From IMG/VR virus record IMGVR_UViG_3300029568_000024, positions 3,390-67,389 of that record: 64,000 bases of DNA. One strand, 5' to 3'. The notes beneath the pieces are model-generated. The model did no database searches, was not told the DNA's origin, and was given only the letters and a program-made list of their open reading frames with translations. Made by a program: the position numbers and the translations under genes. Below, in pieces: positions 54,999 to 64,000 of the stretch. Every line of letters starts with the position of its first letter. Within the stretch, counting starts at the first letter, position 1. The stretch comes from a virus.

Positions 54999-55976
54999 AT
55001 GAATAAAGAAGCAGAAGAGAAGTTCTACAGCAAGGACTTCAACTTTAGTTATTCTTCATTGAATAAACTTTTATTTTCCCCGTCTTTGTTTTACAAAGAT
55101 TATATACTAGAAGATCGTGAGATCAAAACAGATAAGCACCTAGTTGAAGGTAAGCTTGTGCACTGTCTTGTATTTGAGCCAGAGAATCTTTCTAAGAAGT
55201 TTAATGTAGTACCGGAGAAAACTCCTACAGATAGTACTAGGAAGATCCTCCACAAGATGTACAAGAAAGATAGTAAGGCAGACCTAATGACTGCAGATGA
55301 TCTTATTCTTGAGACACTAAGAGAAGAGAACTTACATCAGAAACTTAATGAAGATTCAGCTAGACTTAAGAAGATTCAAAGTGAAGAAGCTAATATCTAT
55401 TGGAAGTTCATAGCAAACCCTAATGTAGATGTTATAGATCAAGACACGCTAGCTAAGTGTACTAGATATGCTGACATCATCAAGAGTAATGAAGCTGTAT
55501 CAAAACTACTAGCTGTCACAGAAACAGACTTTGAGCTGGATCCAGTACAGACACATACGGAAAAATGGTTAAGTGCAGATCTTGAAGATCGTGATTTTGG
55601 TCTCCATGGTATTGTTGACTTCTATAAGATTGACTCTGAAACCAAGACTATTACTATCTGTGATTTAAAAACTACAGGTAAAACAATTGCTGACTTTGGT
55701 GAGACTGTTGAGTTTTATAACTATTGGTTACAAGCTGCTATCTATACATACCTGGTTATCAATAATGTAGATGTGGCTTTCAAGGACTTCCAAATTTTAT
55801 TTAAGTTTGTAGTTATAGATAAGTATGAGCAAGTCTATGTCTTTGATGTCCGTGACGAAACTTTAAGTAGCTGGGGAGTAAGGTTATTTGATAATATAGC
55901 CCGAGCTAATTACCATTATACCAAGAAAGATTATAGCTTGCCTTATGACTTTTTAAGTGGTCAGGTAGTATTGTAA
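54999..55976 (+). CDS. RecB-like PD-(D/E)XK exonuclease
   Basis: FSYSSL..EGKLVH; HGIVD..CDLKT; YWLQAAIY. Confidence 0.8.
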   Translation: MNKEAEEKFYSKDFNFSYSSLNKLLFSPSLFYKDYILEDREIKTDKHLVEGKLVHCLVFEPENLSKKFNVVPEKTPTDSTRKILHKMYKKDSKADLMTADDLILETLREENLHQKLNEDSARLKKIQSEEANIYWKFIANPNVDVIDQDTLAKCTRYADIIKSNEAVSKLLAVTETDFELDPVQTHTEKWLSADLEDRDFGLHGIVDFYKIDSETKTITICDLKTTGKTIADFGETVEFYNYWLQAAIYTYLVINNVDVAFKDFQILFKFVVIDKYEQVYVFDVRDETLSSWGVRLFDNIARANYHYTKKDYSLPYDFLSGQVVL

Positions 55977-55977
55977 C

Positions 55978-56559
55978 ATGAAGTTTGTATACACACAATA
56001 TTTTCAAAAGAGTAAGGTATTCTTATACCCTCTGCTTAAACTGAAGAAGGGTATACCTTTCGTCCCAGTAGAGACATACATCTGCTGGGATGGGGTGTAC
56101 GGTATAGATGACTTTAAATATCTATGTGTATATCATTCTGATAGAAATGACAAGTTCTTAGAGTTTGAAAGCTCTTACTTGCTAGATCATAAAATGCTGG
56201 ATAATAAATTTAGTATTGATAAAGACAGACAGTTATATGTGTTTAATCTGAAAGGATACAAGTATGACTTCCAAAGATTTCTCGAGGGTAAGTATTCTAA
56301 GTTCTCTATGGGTGCTCAGAGTCTGATCCTTAATTACTTTGGCAGTATTGGTAATATATCAGAGTATATTTTATCTGTATTTGACCCAGAAGATTATCAT
56401 GATAAGTATGCAGAAGCATTAGATGTACCTATCAAATCTATTCAGGATGTGTATGAGGTATGCAGTGTACCTGATCTAGAAAAAGAAACTCTATTTGCGA
56501 AGGTTCCAGAGCAGATAGAGCTATTTAAGAATAATTCTATACATTTGAATAAATTATAA
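55978..56559 (+). CDS. Hypothetical protein
   Basis: 193 aa. Confidence 0.6.
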   Translation: MKFVYTQYFQKSKVFLYPLLKLKKGIPFVPVETYICWDGVYGIDDFKYLCVYHSDRNDKFLEFESSYLLDHKMLDNKFSIDKDRQLYVFNLKGYKYDFQRFLEGKYSKFSMGAQSLILNYFGSIGNISEYILSVFDPEDYHDKYAEALDVPIKSIQDVYEVCSVPDLEKETLFAKVPEQIELFKNNSIHLNKL

Positions 56560-56563
56560 ACCA

Positions 56564-56986
56564 ATGCCCGCAACTAAAACACACGGTGGTAACATGATGT
56601 TGGTTAACTCTGCATTCAGGGGTGCCAAGTCTTTTAGTTTAATTCCTGTGAGTCTTACCTCACCATATGTAGAAGCAATGTTTGATCCATCATCCGGGAT
56701 CTTAGCTATCATCACTAAAGACAAGAAGCAATCATTTCATATGATGCCACGTCTAGATGACTTTGGTAGCCCTCAGCAGATTAAGTTCCCAAGAGAGGAT
56801 GGTAAGACTGTAAAGGAGCAAAGAGTGTCTGTTGAGACATTCAATGAGTTCTATCTCAGTGAGAAGTCTGATATTGAAGCTTTCATTAAACTCTTTGCAG
56901 TTAATGAGAAAGACTTTGATTATCAAGAGTTCTTGAATGTAGATCTCGAAGAGACAAAGACCTCTCCTATATTGACTGCAGAGTAA
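56564..56986 (+). CDS. Conserved hypothetical protein
   Basis: 140 aa; TACATTTG box upstream. Confidence 0.6.
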   Translation: MPATKTHGGNMMLVNSAFRGAKSFSLIPVSLTSPYVEAMFDPSSGILAIITKDKKQSFHMMPRLDDFGSPQQIKFPREDGKTVKEQRVSVETFNEFYLSEKSDIEAFIKLFAVNEKDFDYQEFLNVDLEETKTSPILTAE

Positions 56987-57007
56987 TATTATATACTCTA
57001 TATTTGA

Positions 57008-57042
57008 AGAGGGGTGTGCATATATTGCACATCCCTTTTTTT
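57008..57042 (+). terminator. Intrinsic terminator
   Basis: GGGTGTGCA/TGCACATCCC plus T7. Confidence 0.75.
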
Positions 57043-57060
57043 ATCTTATAAAGGTTAGAT

Positions 57061-59052
57061 ATGAATCACTGGGTAATGGACTATGAGACTTTGTCGAATT
57101 GCTTTACTGCAGTGTTTGAGCACTATAAGACTAATGAAACAAAAGTCTTTGTTGTTCATGAACTGCGTAATGACTTTGACAAGTTTATAGAATTTTTACA
57201 AGAGAATACAGACAACCGTGAGTGGCATATCTCCTACAATGGTTTGGCATTCGATGCACAGATCACTCATTATATCATAGAGAAACACCAGGAATGGGAT
57301 AGCTCTAATCCCACAGCCATTGCTGAATCTATCTACAGATATGCAGCTAAATGCATTAGTCGTAGTGATAGCAAACAGTTTCAAGATTACCCCGAGTGGC
57401 GGATGTGTATAGGTCAGATAGATCTATTTAAAATGCATCACTGGGATAATCCTGCTAAACGTTCAGGTCTAAAGTGGATACAGTATAGTATGGACTGGGA
57501 TAATATGCTTGATATGCCCATACATCATGCTACTCCTATCAAGACTCTTGAGCAGATTGATACTATCTTGGAATACAATCTTAATGATGTACGCTCAACA
57601 AAGGCAATCTTTGAAAGATCTAAATCTCAAATAGCTCTGCGTAAAGAGTTAACTAAGAAGTACGGGATCAATCTATTTAGTGCTTCAGAACCACGGATTA
57701 GTAAAGAACTATTTGCTTACTACCTGTCTAACAATCTTAAGATACCCAAGAAGGATATCAAGAACATGAGGACTGAGAGAGATGTAATCAAGGTGGGTGA
57801 TATACTGTTACCATACATTGATTTTGTATCTCCTGAGTTTAGAAATCTATTATCTCGCTTCAAGTCCCTTGAGTTAGATCCTATTAACCTGAAGGGTAGT
57901 TTTAAATACTCTGTAAATTACAGGGATGTAAAGACTCACTTTGGTCTAGGTGGTGTACATGGTGCAAATAAAAGCGGAGTATACAAGTCAGATGAAGATT
58001 ACATAATTATGTCTTCAGATGTAACCAGCTTCTATCCTAATCTTGTTATTAGAAACAAGTGGGCGCCGGGACACTTTCCTAAAGATGAGTTTTGTAAGCA
58101 GTATGAATGGTTCTTTGAGGAGAGGAAGAAGATTCCTAAGAGTAATCCTATGAACTATGTGTACAAGATTATTCTAAACTCAACCTTCGGTCTCAGTAAT
58201 GATGTCAATAGTTTCTTCTATGACCCGGAGCTATGTATGCGGATCACAGTAAATGGTCAGCTTACACTAATGATGCTGTATGAGATGATCATGGAAGAGA
58301 TACCAGATGCTGTAGGTCTTATGCAAAATACAGATGGTATAGAAACCAGGATACCTAGAGATCAGGTTGACAATTACATGAAGATCTGTGAGAAGTGGGA
58401 AAAAATCACTAAATTAAACTTAGAGCATGATAGTTATCAAAAGCTAATAGTTGGCGATGTTAATAACTATATTGGTGTCAATGATTTTAAGATAACTGAC
58501 TTAAGCAATTGGAGAAAGATTCGTCAAAAGAATCCACACTATCTGTTCAAAGTTGAGAATGATAAATTTTCCTACGCTCCTACAAAAATGAAAGGACGTT
58601 TTGATTTTCATGAGCTAGCATTACACAAGAATAAGTCTAAGCTAGTTGTACCTAAAGCTATCTTCTACTACTTCGTACATGATAAGCTTCCTGAGGATTA
58701 TCTGAATGAGAACAGAAATATCCTTGACTATTGTATTGGAAGTAAATCAAAAGGAGACTGGAAGCAATATGCTAGAGGTATCAAGGATGGAGAATATGTA
58801 TCAGAACAACTACAAAAAATCAACAGATATTACATTAGTAACAGCGGTGTTAAGATTATCAAAGTAAATTCTTCAGATGACCGTGAGATTCAGCTAGAGT
58901 CTGGAAGATGGTTACAACGAGTCTTTAATTCACTTGAGATCAAACCTAAATGGGAGGATTACAAGATTGATAAGACTTACTATTTAAGAGCCATTGAATC
59001 TGAGATTGATAATATTCTTGATGCCGGTAGAAATCAATTAAAACTATTCTAG
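57061..59052 (+). CDS. polB: DNA polymerase, family B
   Basis: MDYET and YNGLAFD exonuclease motifs; SDVTSFYP, YKIILNSTFG, QNTDGI polymerase motifs. Confidence 0.92.
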   Translation: MNHWVMDYETLSNCFTAVFEHYKTNETKVFVVHELRNDFDKFIEFLQENTDNREWHISYNGLAFDAQITHYIIEKHQEWDSSNPTAIAESIYRYAAKCISRSDSKQFQDYPEWRMCIGQIDLFKMHHWDNPAKRSGLKWIQYSMDWDNMLDMPIHHATPIKTLEQIDTILEYNLNDVRSTKAIFERSKSQIALRKELTKKYGINLFSASEPRISKELFAYYLSNNLKIPKKDIKNMRTERDVIKVGDILLPYIDFVSPEFRNLLSRFKSLELDPINLKGSFKYSVNYRDVKTHFGLGGVHGANKSGVYKSDEDYIIMSSDVTSFYPNLVIRNKWAPGHFPKDEFCKQYEWFFEERKKIPKSNPMNYVYKIILNSTFGLSNDVNSFFYDPELCMRITVNGQLTLMMLYEMIMEEIPDAVGLMQNTDGIETRIPRDQVDNYMKICEKWEKITKLNLEHDSYQKLIVGDVNNYIGVNDFKITDLSNWRKIRQKNPHYLFKVENDKFSYAPTKMKGRFDFHELALHKNKSKLVVPKAIFYYFVHDKLPEDYLNENRNILDYCIGSKSKGDWKQYARGIKDGEYVSEQLQKINRYYISNSGVKIIKVNSSDDREIQLESGRWLQRVFNSLEIKPKWEDYKIDKTYYLRAIESEIDNILDAGRNQLKLF

Positions 59053-59715
59053 ATGGCAAAGCAGAATATTGAGAAGACTCCCCCAAAAGGAAGCATTAGA
59101 TTCTCAATTGGTTTATCTGATGAACAAAAGAAAGCTAAGACTGAGGTTTTAAAACATCCTTTTAGTTTCTTAATGGGCAATGCAGGTAGTGGTAAAACAC
59201 TACTTGCTGTCCAGATTGCACTGGATCTATTCTTCAAACGTCAGTACAATAAGATAGTTATCACTAGACCCTCAGTTGGAACAGAAGATAATGGCTTCTT
59301 ACCTGGTACAGAGAAAGAGAAGATGGAACCATGGCTTGTACCTATCAAGTCTAATATGCGTAAAGTATATAACAAGCCTGACATCTTAGAGAAGTTAGAG
59401 TCAGAAGAAAAGATTGAGCTTGTCTCTCTTACACATTTCAGAGGACGCACGTTTGATAACTCTGTGTGTATTGTAGATGAGTTTCAAAATCTAACAAGAT
59501 CTCAGCTAGCAATGGCTTTAGGACGTCTTGGTAAAGACTCTATCATGATCTTCTGTGGAGACAATCAACAAATAGATTTACCGGATAAAAACTATTCTGC
59601 AATTCATGAGGTAGCTAAGATTGTTACTTCCAGCTATGTATTTAAAACTGTCCTCAAAGACAATCACAGACACGAAGCTATCTTTGATGTCTTAGAATTA
59701 CTCAATAATAATTAA
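59053..59715 (+). CDS. phoH: PhoH family ATPase
   Basis: GNAGSGKT, ITRP, GFLPG, RGRTF, DEFQN, GDNQQID. Confidence 0.92.
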   Translation: MAKQNIEKTPPKGSIRFSIGLSDEQKKAKTEVLKHPFSFLMGNAGSGKTLLAVQIALDLFFKRQYNKIVITRPSVGTEDNGFLPGTEKEKMEPWLVPIKSNMRKVYNKPDILEKLESEEKIELVSLTHFRGRTFDNSVCIVDEFQNLTRSQLAMALGRLGKDSIMIFCGDNQQIDLPDKNYSAIHEVAKIVTSSYVFKTVLKDNHRHEAIFDVLELLNNN

Positions 59716-59725
59716 ATCTCAAATC

Positions 59726-59923
59726 ATGAATACAATCAAACAACTCTTCAGATCAGCCATGAGATGGCTAAACACAAAAGAATTTACAGCTATTAGTGCT
59801 GCGGCTGTATGTCTACTGTGTTGGTTTATGGGAATGAAAGTAGCAGCAGGTATCGCACTTGGCGTATTCTGCACCCGGAATTGGGACATTCTCAAAGACC
59901 TTTTTAATTCTATTAAGGCTTAA
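59726..59923 (+). CDS. Small membrane protein
   Basis: 65 aa, two short hydrophobic segments. Confidence 0.55.
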   Translation: MNTIKQLFRSAMRWLNTKEFTAISAAAVCLLCWFMGMKVAAGIALGVFCTRNWDILKDLFNSIKA

Positions 59924-59961
59924 AGTCTTATCTTTACACTAAATAAGTTTATTGATTAACT

Positions 59962-60864
59962 ATGGGTTATAAAAGACCAACAGAAACAACCAGATCTTAT
60001 CTGGAGAATGCACCTTTGCCCAACCATGGCAAAAGTTATACAGTCATATCTCACAAGCAGGTGATTGACAACACACATAATCTCTTGAAAGCCAGCGGCT
60101 TTGAAATTGAAAGAGAGATTTATAGAGCTAATGGTAATGCCAATGTTGCTCAGGGCATCTACCATATCAAACCTACACGTACTACAGATGATAGGATTAT
60201 AAATGAGCATGAGTTAGGGATGATGTTTGCATGGACTAACTCATATGATAAGTCTGTTAGATTCCAATGCTCTATTGGCGGTTACGTTATGGTATGCTAC
60301 AATGGAATGGTCTGTGGAGATATGATGACGTTTGCTAGAAAGCATACCGGTAGCGCAGACTATGAGATTCGTATGCAGATCTCCAACCAAATCAAGAATG
60401 CTGAAGTTTATTTCAAAGAAATTCTTGATGCTCGAGATGCTCTTAGATCTACCCAACTATCTAAGAAAGATCAAGCAGAGATGCTTGGCAGACTATACTT
60501 TAATGAGGAGATCTTGGAGACTAGCCAGCTTAGCTGTATCAAAGCAGAGCTTGAAGAACCTTCTTATGATTATCAGTGTGATCAAGATAATGCTTGGGCC
60601 TTCTATAATCACGTAACACATGGTTTAAAGAAAGCTCATCCAAGAAACTGGCTCAGTGATACTCAGAAGTTTCATAAGTTTATTACTGCTGATTTACTGG
60701 GTAATATGGGTATTACACCTACAGATAGTGTAGACCTTAGCGGTCTTGAAACTATACAAGATTCAACAGTTATTGATAGTCAAGAGATTGTTTTAGAAGA
60801 ATCCCCTGAGGTAGATCGTATGCTTAACTATAACGTAGTAAGCCAAGATCTAAGACTATCATGA
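59962..60864 (+). CDS. DUF932-like protein
   Basis: YTVISHKQVI; TNSYDKS..GGYVMVCYNG..KH; WAFYNHVT. Confidence 0.7.
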   Translation: MGYKRPTETTRSYLENAPLPNHGKSYTVISHKQVIDNTHNLLKASGFEIEREIYRANGNANVAQGIYHIKPTRTTDDRIINEHELGMMFAWTNSYDKSVRFQCSIGGYVMVCYNGMVCGDMMTFARKHTGSADYEIRMQISNQIKNAEVYFKEILDARDALRSTQLSKKDQAEMLGRLYFNEEILETSQLSCIKAELEEPSYDYQCDQDNAWAFYNHVTHGLKKAHPRNWLSDTQKFHKFITADLLGNMGITPTDSVDLSGLETIQDSTVIDSQEIVLEESPEVDRMLNYNVVSQDLRLS

Positions 60865-60959
60865 ATACGGATCCCAATCTAGTAAGGACAACAGTTGTTG
60901 TACTAATAATAGCTGTTTGCATACTCTACTTTCTATTAACCAAAGTAGATGACATCTAA
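60861..60959 (+). CDS. 32-aa single-TM peptide (not in track)
   Basis: MNTDPNLVRTTVVVLIIAVCILYFLLTKVDDI; ATGA-coupled. Confidence 0.45.
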   Translation: MNTDPNLVRTTVVVLIIAVCILYFLLTKVDDI

Positions 60960-60998
60960 AAAAGTATCACATTAGGGTTTAGTTACAAGGAAACCAAC

Positions 60999-61032
60999 AA
61001 GCACCTGGGTTTTGATACTTTCCCGGGTGCTT
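60999..61032. terminator. Hairpin between convergent blocks (likely bidirectional terminator)
   Basis: AAGCACCTGGG/CCCGGGTGCTT. Confidence 0.7.
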
Positions 61033-61035
61033 TCC

Positions 61036-64000
61036 TTATGAGTAATAAGTCTCAAAAAGCTCTTGCAATGTTGTGAGTTCCTCATTTGTCATGGCCTCAG
61101 CAATGACAAACCCACCCATAGCAAAGTCATCAGCAATATCTTCATTGCTTTGAAATATCAATAGATCTGTCAAGTTTATAGCCAATGGATCTATTGGTGC
61201 ATCAATTGTTGTAGTTACACCATTTCTAAATAACTCGAGGTCTGTAATATTACCAGACTGTCTAGTAAGAGCCATAGACTGAGCTTTTGTTGTATCAAAG
61301 TATACAATCTCATCCTGATCATCCTTAATTCTATCATTGAATAAATTGATATCATTAGTCCTGGTATCAGCATAAAGCTTCAAATACTTTTGTTTAGTTC
61401 CTGTGATACCAAACTGCACTTGATTAGACCTTGGTTCTATTGTGCGCCAAGTAATTTCTCCTTCCGCTGGCACTGCTAATATGTCCTCTACTAAGATTTG
61501 TGTGCCGTTAGCATCCTTAGATAATACACTAGCCACTACACCAAACTTATCATTCTGAGTATTATCATTAAAGTATATAATACTACCTACGCCAAACCCG
61601 GAATTATCTATCTCACCATCTAATCCTTCTGGATCCAGGTATGTTACTATGCCTGTCTGTTCAAACTCATTTAAGTCTGCATACAGATCCACACCAGCTG
61701 CATTTTGAATTACAGCTGCTGCTCTCTCAGCAGGTAAAGATTGATAGGCAAAGATTGTAATGTTATCTGTAGATAATGAATCTGCATGTGTATTTATAGC
61801 ACCAGATTTATTAGCAGAGAAGCCGTACTCCTCAGTCCATGGATTATTCTGGTTAGTTGTCTGCAGTAATGGAACTATACTAAAATTTCTGAAGTATGCT
61901 TCTTCTGGTGGATTATTTGGATCCGTAATTGGATTACCATTATTACCTATGAATCTAATTTGAAAAGCATCACCTAAAGCTCCACCTGCCGAGTCCATTA
62001 CATATTCTATTTCCGTCCAAGTATCTAGAGTAATAGGGTGAAATGTAACTACCGGGTCTGCTCCATTTGTCAATAACCTTACACCATTTATACCACCACT
62101 AGCAACATCATTTGTGCTAGGAATATATATCTCCATTTGTACTTTATAGAGCTTGCCTACATCCAAATAATCTACAGTAAGTTCGGGAGCATTAGTAGAT
62201 AGTTGAATCCTTTGAGCTACACCAGTATAAGGAGCAGGAGGTGCCGTGTATTTCATCAGACCTGTAAAGCTTGTACTAGGGATTGTTTCATTGTATGAAA
62301 CAGTAGCACCTGTCCCTACATATTCAAAACCAAAGTCTTGCGTTGTATCAGCATTATAAACAGGAAGGCTATTATCCTGGACTACAGGAGATCCTTGTAA
62401 TGTAAATATCCCATTAATAGTCTGAGTTGAATCACCAGAGTTCTTCCAGTTAATTAAATTCATTTCTTTACCTGGGGTCACAGCTGCTGAAGGCATTCCA
62501 CCAAATATACCAAGCTTAATGATCTTATTCCAGATACCTGTTGCTTCAAGAGTCCGTATAAATATATCTTGCGCTATCTTCTGTTTATCAGTTAGATCAC
62601 CAGTAGTACCTGTATTAGTTAAAATTGTTTGATATGTTGCGCTTAATCCATCAGCAACATCAATTAGATCTCCTGATACACCATAATTATTGTCACCAAG
62701 ATTTGTAAATCTTGCAGATCCACCGGCAAGAATAAATTCATTTGTTGTTAATGGATTACCACTATCAATACCTCTAAATGTTACACCTGCTTCCGGTATT
62801 ATCTGAATAGTTCTATAATTAGAATTGAATACATCAACACTAAATGAAGTAGATGTAGCTGGTAATTTTACCTCAGAAGAATACTTAAGATTAAGAATCT
62901 GTCTATTATACCCCTCCTGAACAGTGCTTTCTTTTTCTTTAGGTGCAAATACTTTTTTGTTAATTGTAACCTTTGAGTTAGGACCATAGGTTACATCTGC
63001 ATAATCAATATCAATAGTACCGTTTGTTGTATCATAAACAGATTTTAGCAAAGTACTATCGGCTTCATTAAGATCTACCTGACGTAAGTCAAATGACTTT
63101 TTATTATTAGCATCAAATATTATAGAATCAGAAGGTTTTGGTAATAGCAGATCTCTTGTATCTGTATTTACAAGAGACTTCTCCATAAAGAATCCACTAT
63201 CGAATTGTATCTTACTACAACCATCTATATATAATGTATTCCTAAATTCTTTAGATGGCAATCTATTAAGAGCTACTTCTGCTCTAATATGAACAAATCT
63301 AGTATAACGAGCACCAATTAGATCATAGTGTTTATATCCTAGACCTGCATGCTCCTCAAAGATGCAGTTATAAAAACCATTTCCACTTGGAGATCCTAGT
63401 CCCACTTGCTGGGTACCATAAATACCTAACAACTGATAGTCTTTCCTAATGTAATCTGGAAGACTTGGATCTCTGTGAGTTGGATGTGAGCCTAATCTAG
63501 CATATCTAAGCTCTACATATAGATCAGGATTATTATTCTCAGGTGTCCAAGTGCTCTGAGATTTTCCTGCATTATCTCCATAAATGGGATCACCCTCACC
63601 ATAGTTTGTTATAATAACGTAATCACCGCTACCATCTTGAAGTGGTGTGATGTGGTCTACTCTAAACTCTGATATTCTATTTAAGGCATTCTGAACAAGA
63701 TTAAGATCCATATAATAGTTAGGCTTAGCTCTTTCTAGATCAAAGGTGCCATAGAAATAAAATTGAGCACCCGTCCCTAACTCTGAAATTCCGCCAGGAT
63801 CTCTATTTATATTTATTACAGTGTCTTCCCCATCATAGGTAAAGCTTGCAACCTGACCCCAAAGCCTTTCAGTATTTATACTATCCGTTACATAGATGTT
63901 GACTCCATTTACTAAACCTAGATTTGCTACCTCACCCCCAAGAGTTAATGTATTTGTACCAGTTGTAGAGAAAACAGCCTGTGTAGATAAGGAGTTGCCA
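61036..64000 (-). CDS. Large virion/receptor-binding protein with lectin-like domains, 5'-partial
   Basis: The frame is open upstream of the track's ATG (63711) to the window end (GNSLSTQAVF...PNYYMDLNL), so the true start is outside the window; FIRTLEATGIWNKI LamG-type lead-in, CBM-like insert. Confidence 0.65.
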   Translation of the reverse strand, partial: GNSLSTQAVFSTTGTNTLTLGGEVANLGLVNGVNIYVTDSINTERLWGQVASFTYDGEDTVININRDPGGISELGTGAQFYFYGTFDLERAKPNYYMDLNLVQNALNRISEFRVDHITPLQDGSGDYVIITNYGEGDPIYGDNAGKSQSTWTPENNNPDLYVELRYARLGSHPTHRDPSLPDYIRKDYQLLGIYGTQQVGLGSPSGNGFYNCIFEEHAGLGYKHYDLIGARYTRFVHIRAEVALNRLPSKEFRNTLYIDGCSKIQFDSGFFMEKSLVNTDTRDLLLPKPSDSIIFDANNKKSFDLRQVDLNEADSTLLKSVYDTTNGTIDIDYADVTYGPNSKVTINKKVFAPKEKESTVQEGYNRQILNLKYSSEVKLPATSTSFSVDVFNSNYRTIQIIPEAGVTFRGIDSGNPLTTNEFILAGGSARFTNLGDNNYGVSGDLIDVADGLSATYQTILTNTGTTGDLTDKQKIAQDIFIRTLEATGIWNKIIKLGIFGGMPSAAVTPGKEMNLINWKNSGDSTQTINGIFTLQGSPVVQDNSLPVYNADTTQDFGFEYVGTGATVSYNETIPSTSFTGLMKYTAPPAPYTGVAQRIQLSTNAPELTVDYLDVGKLYKVQMEIYIPSTNDVASGGINGVRLLTNGADPVVTFHPITLDTWTEIEYVMDSAGGALGDAFQIRFIGNNGNPITDPNNPPEEAYFRNFSIVPLLQTTNQNNPWTEEYGFSANKSGAINTHADSLSTDNITIFAYQSLPAERAAAVIQNAAGVDLYADLNEFEQTGIVTYLDPEGLDGEIDNSGFGVGSIIYFNDNTQNDKFGVVASVLSKDANGTQILVEDILAVPAEGEITWRTIEPRSNQVQFGITGTKQKYLKLYADTRTNDINLFNDRIKDDQDEIVYFDTTKAQSMALTRQSGNITDLELFRNGVTTTIDAPIDPLAINLTDLLIFQSNEDIADDFAMGGFVIAEAMTNEELTTLQELFETYYS

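Noticed and set aside
1-64000. Stop-codon reassignment, as in some crAss-like phages
   Set aside because: Long genes are intact in the standard code; TAG and TGA end genes at sensible positions; no suppressor tRNA.
1-64000. CRISPR array, diversity-generating retroelement, integrase, or inteins/introns in terL, MCP, dnaB, polB
   Set aside because: No regularly spaced repeats, reverse transcriptase or recombinase seen; these proteins have ordinary lengths and contiguous motifs.

Overview
A 64-kb fragment of a lytic, crAss-like (Crassvirales-related) dsDNA phage. The host is probably an aquatic Bacteroidota, based on TAnnTTTG -7 boxes and A/C-rich leaders without Shine-Dalgarno motifs. There are two divergent blocks. 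(i) Minus strand, 1-30360, plus a gene entering at 61036-64000: virion, packaging and lysis genes (tail stabilization, ring-like proteins, Cys-rich fibres, major capsid, scaffold, portal, large terminase, amidase endolysin). Many are preceded by a conserved TTGTATATTAT motif. (ii) Plus strand, 30526-60959: a GC-richer early region with small ORFs and several highly structured non-coding segments, a tRNA locus, then replication and accessory genes (SF2 helicase, UDG, DnaB-like helicase, AAA ATPase, SSB-like, primase, RusA-like, VWA/MoxR pair, spore-photoproduct-lyase-like radical SAM, RecB-like nuclease, PolB, PhoH, DUF932). There are two main discoveries. The first is an ORF-free ~900-nt segment (about 32270-33170) that folds into an ornate, pseudoknotted large RNA with many GNRA-capped hairpins and several 9-14 bp long-range helices. 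The second is a tRNA gene split at its anticodon loop by a cassette carrying the phage late-type promoter motif, an I-Ssp6803I-like PD-(D/E)XK homing endonuclease and an intact tRNA-Arg(UCU), with no ribozyme core. All functional calls come from motif recognition by eye; no database searches were run.
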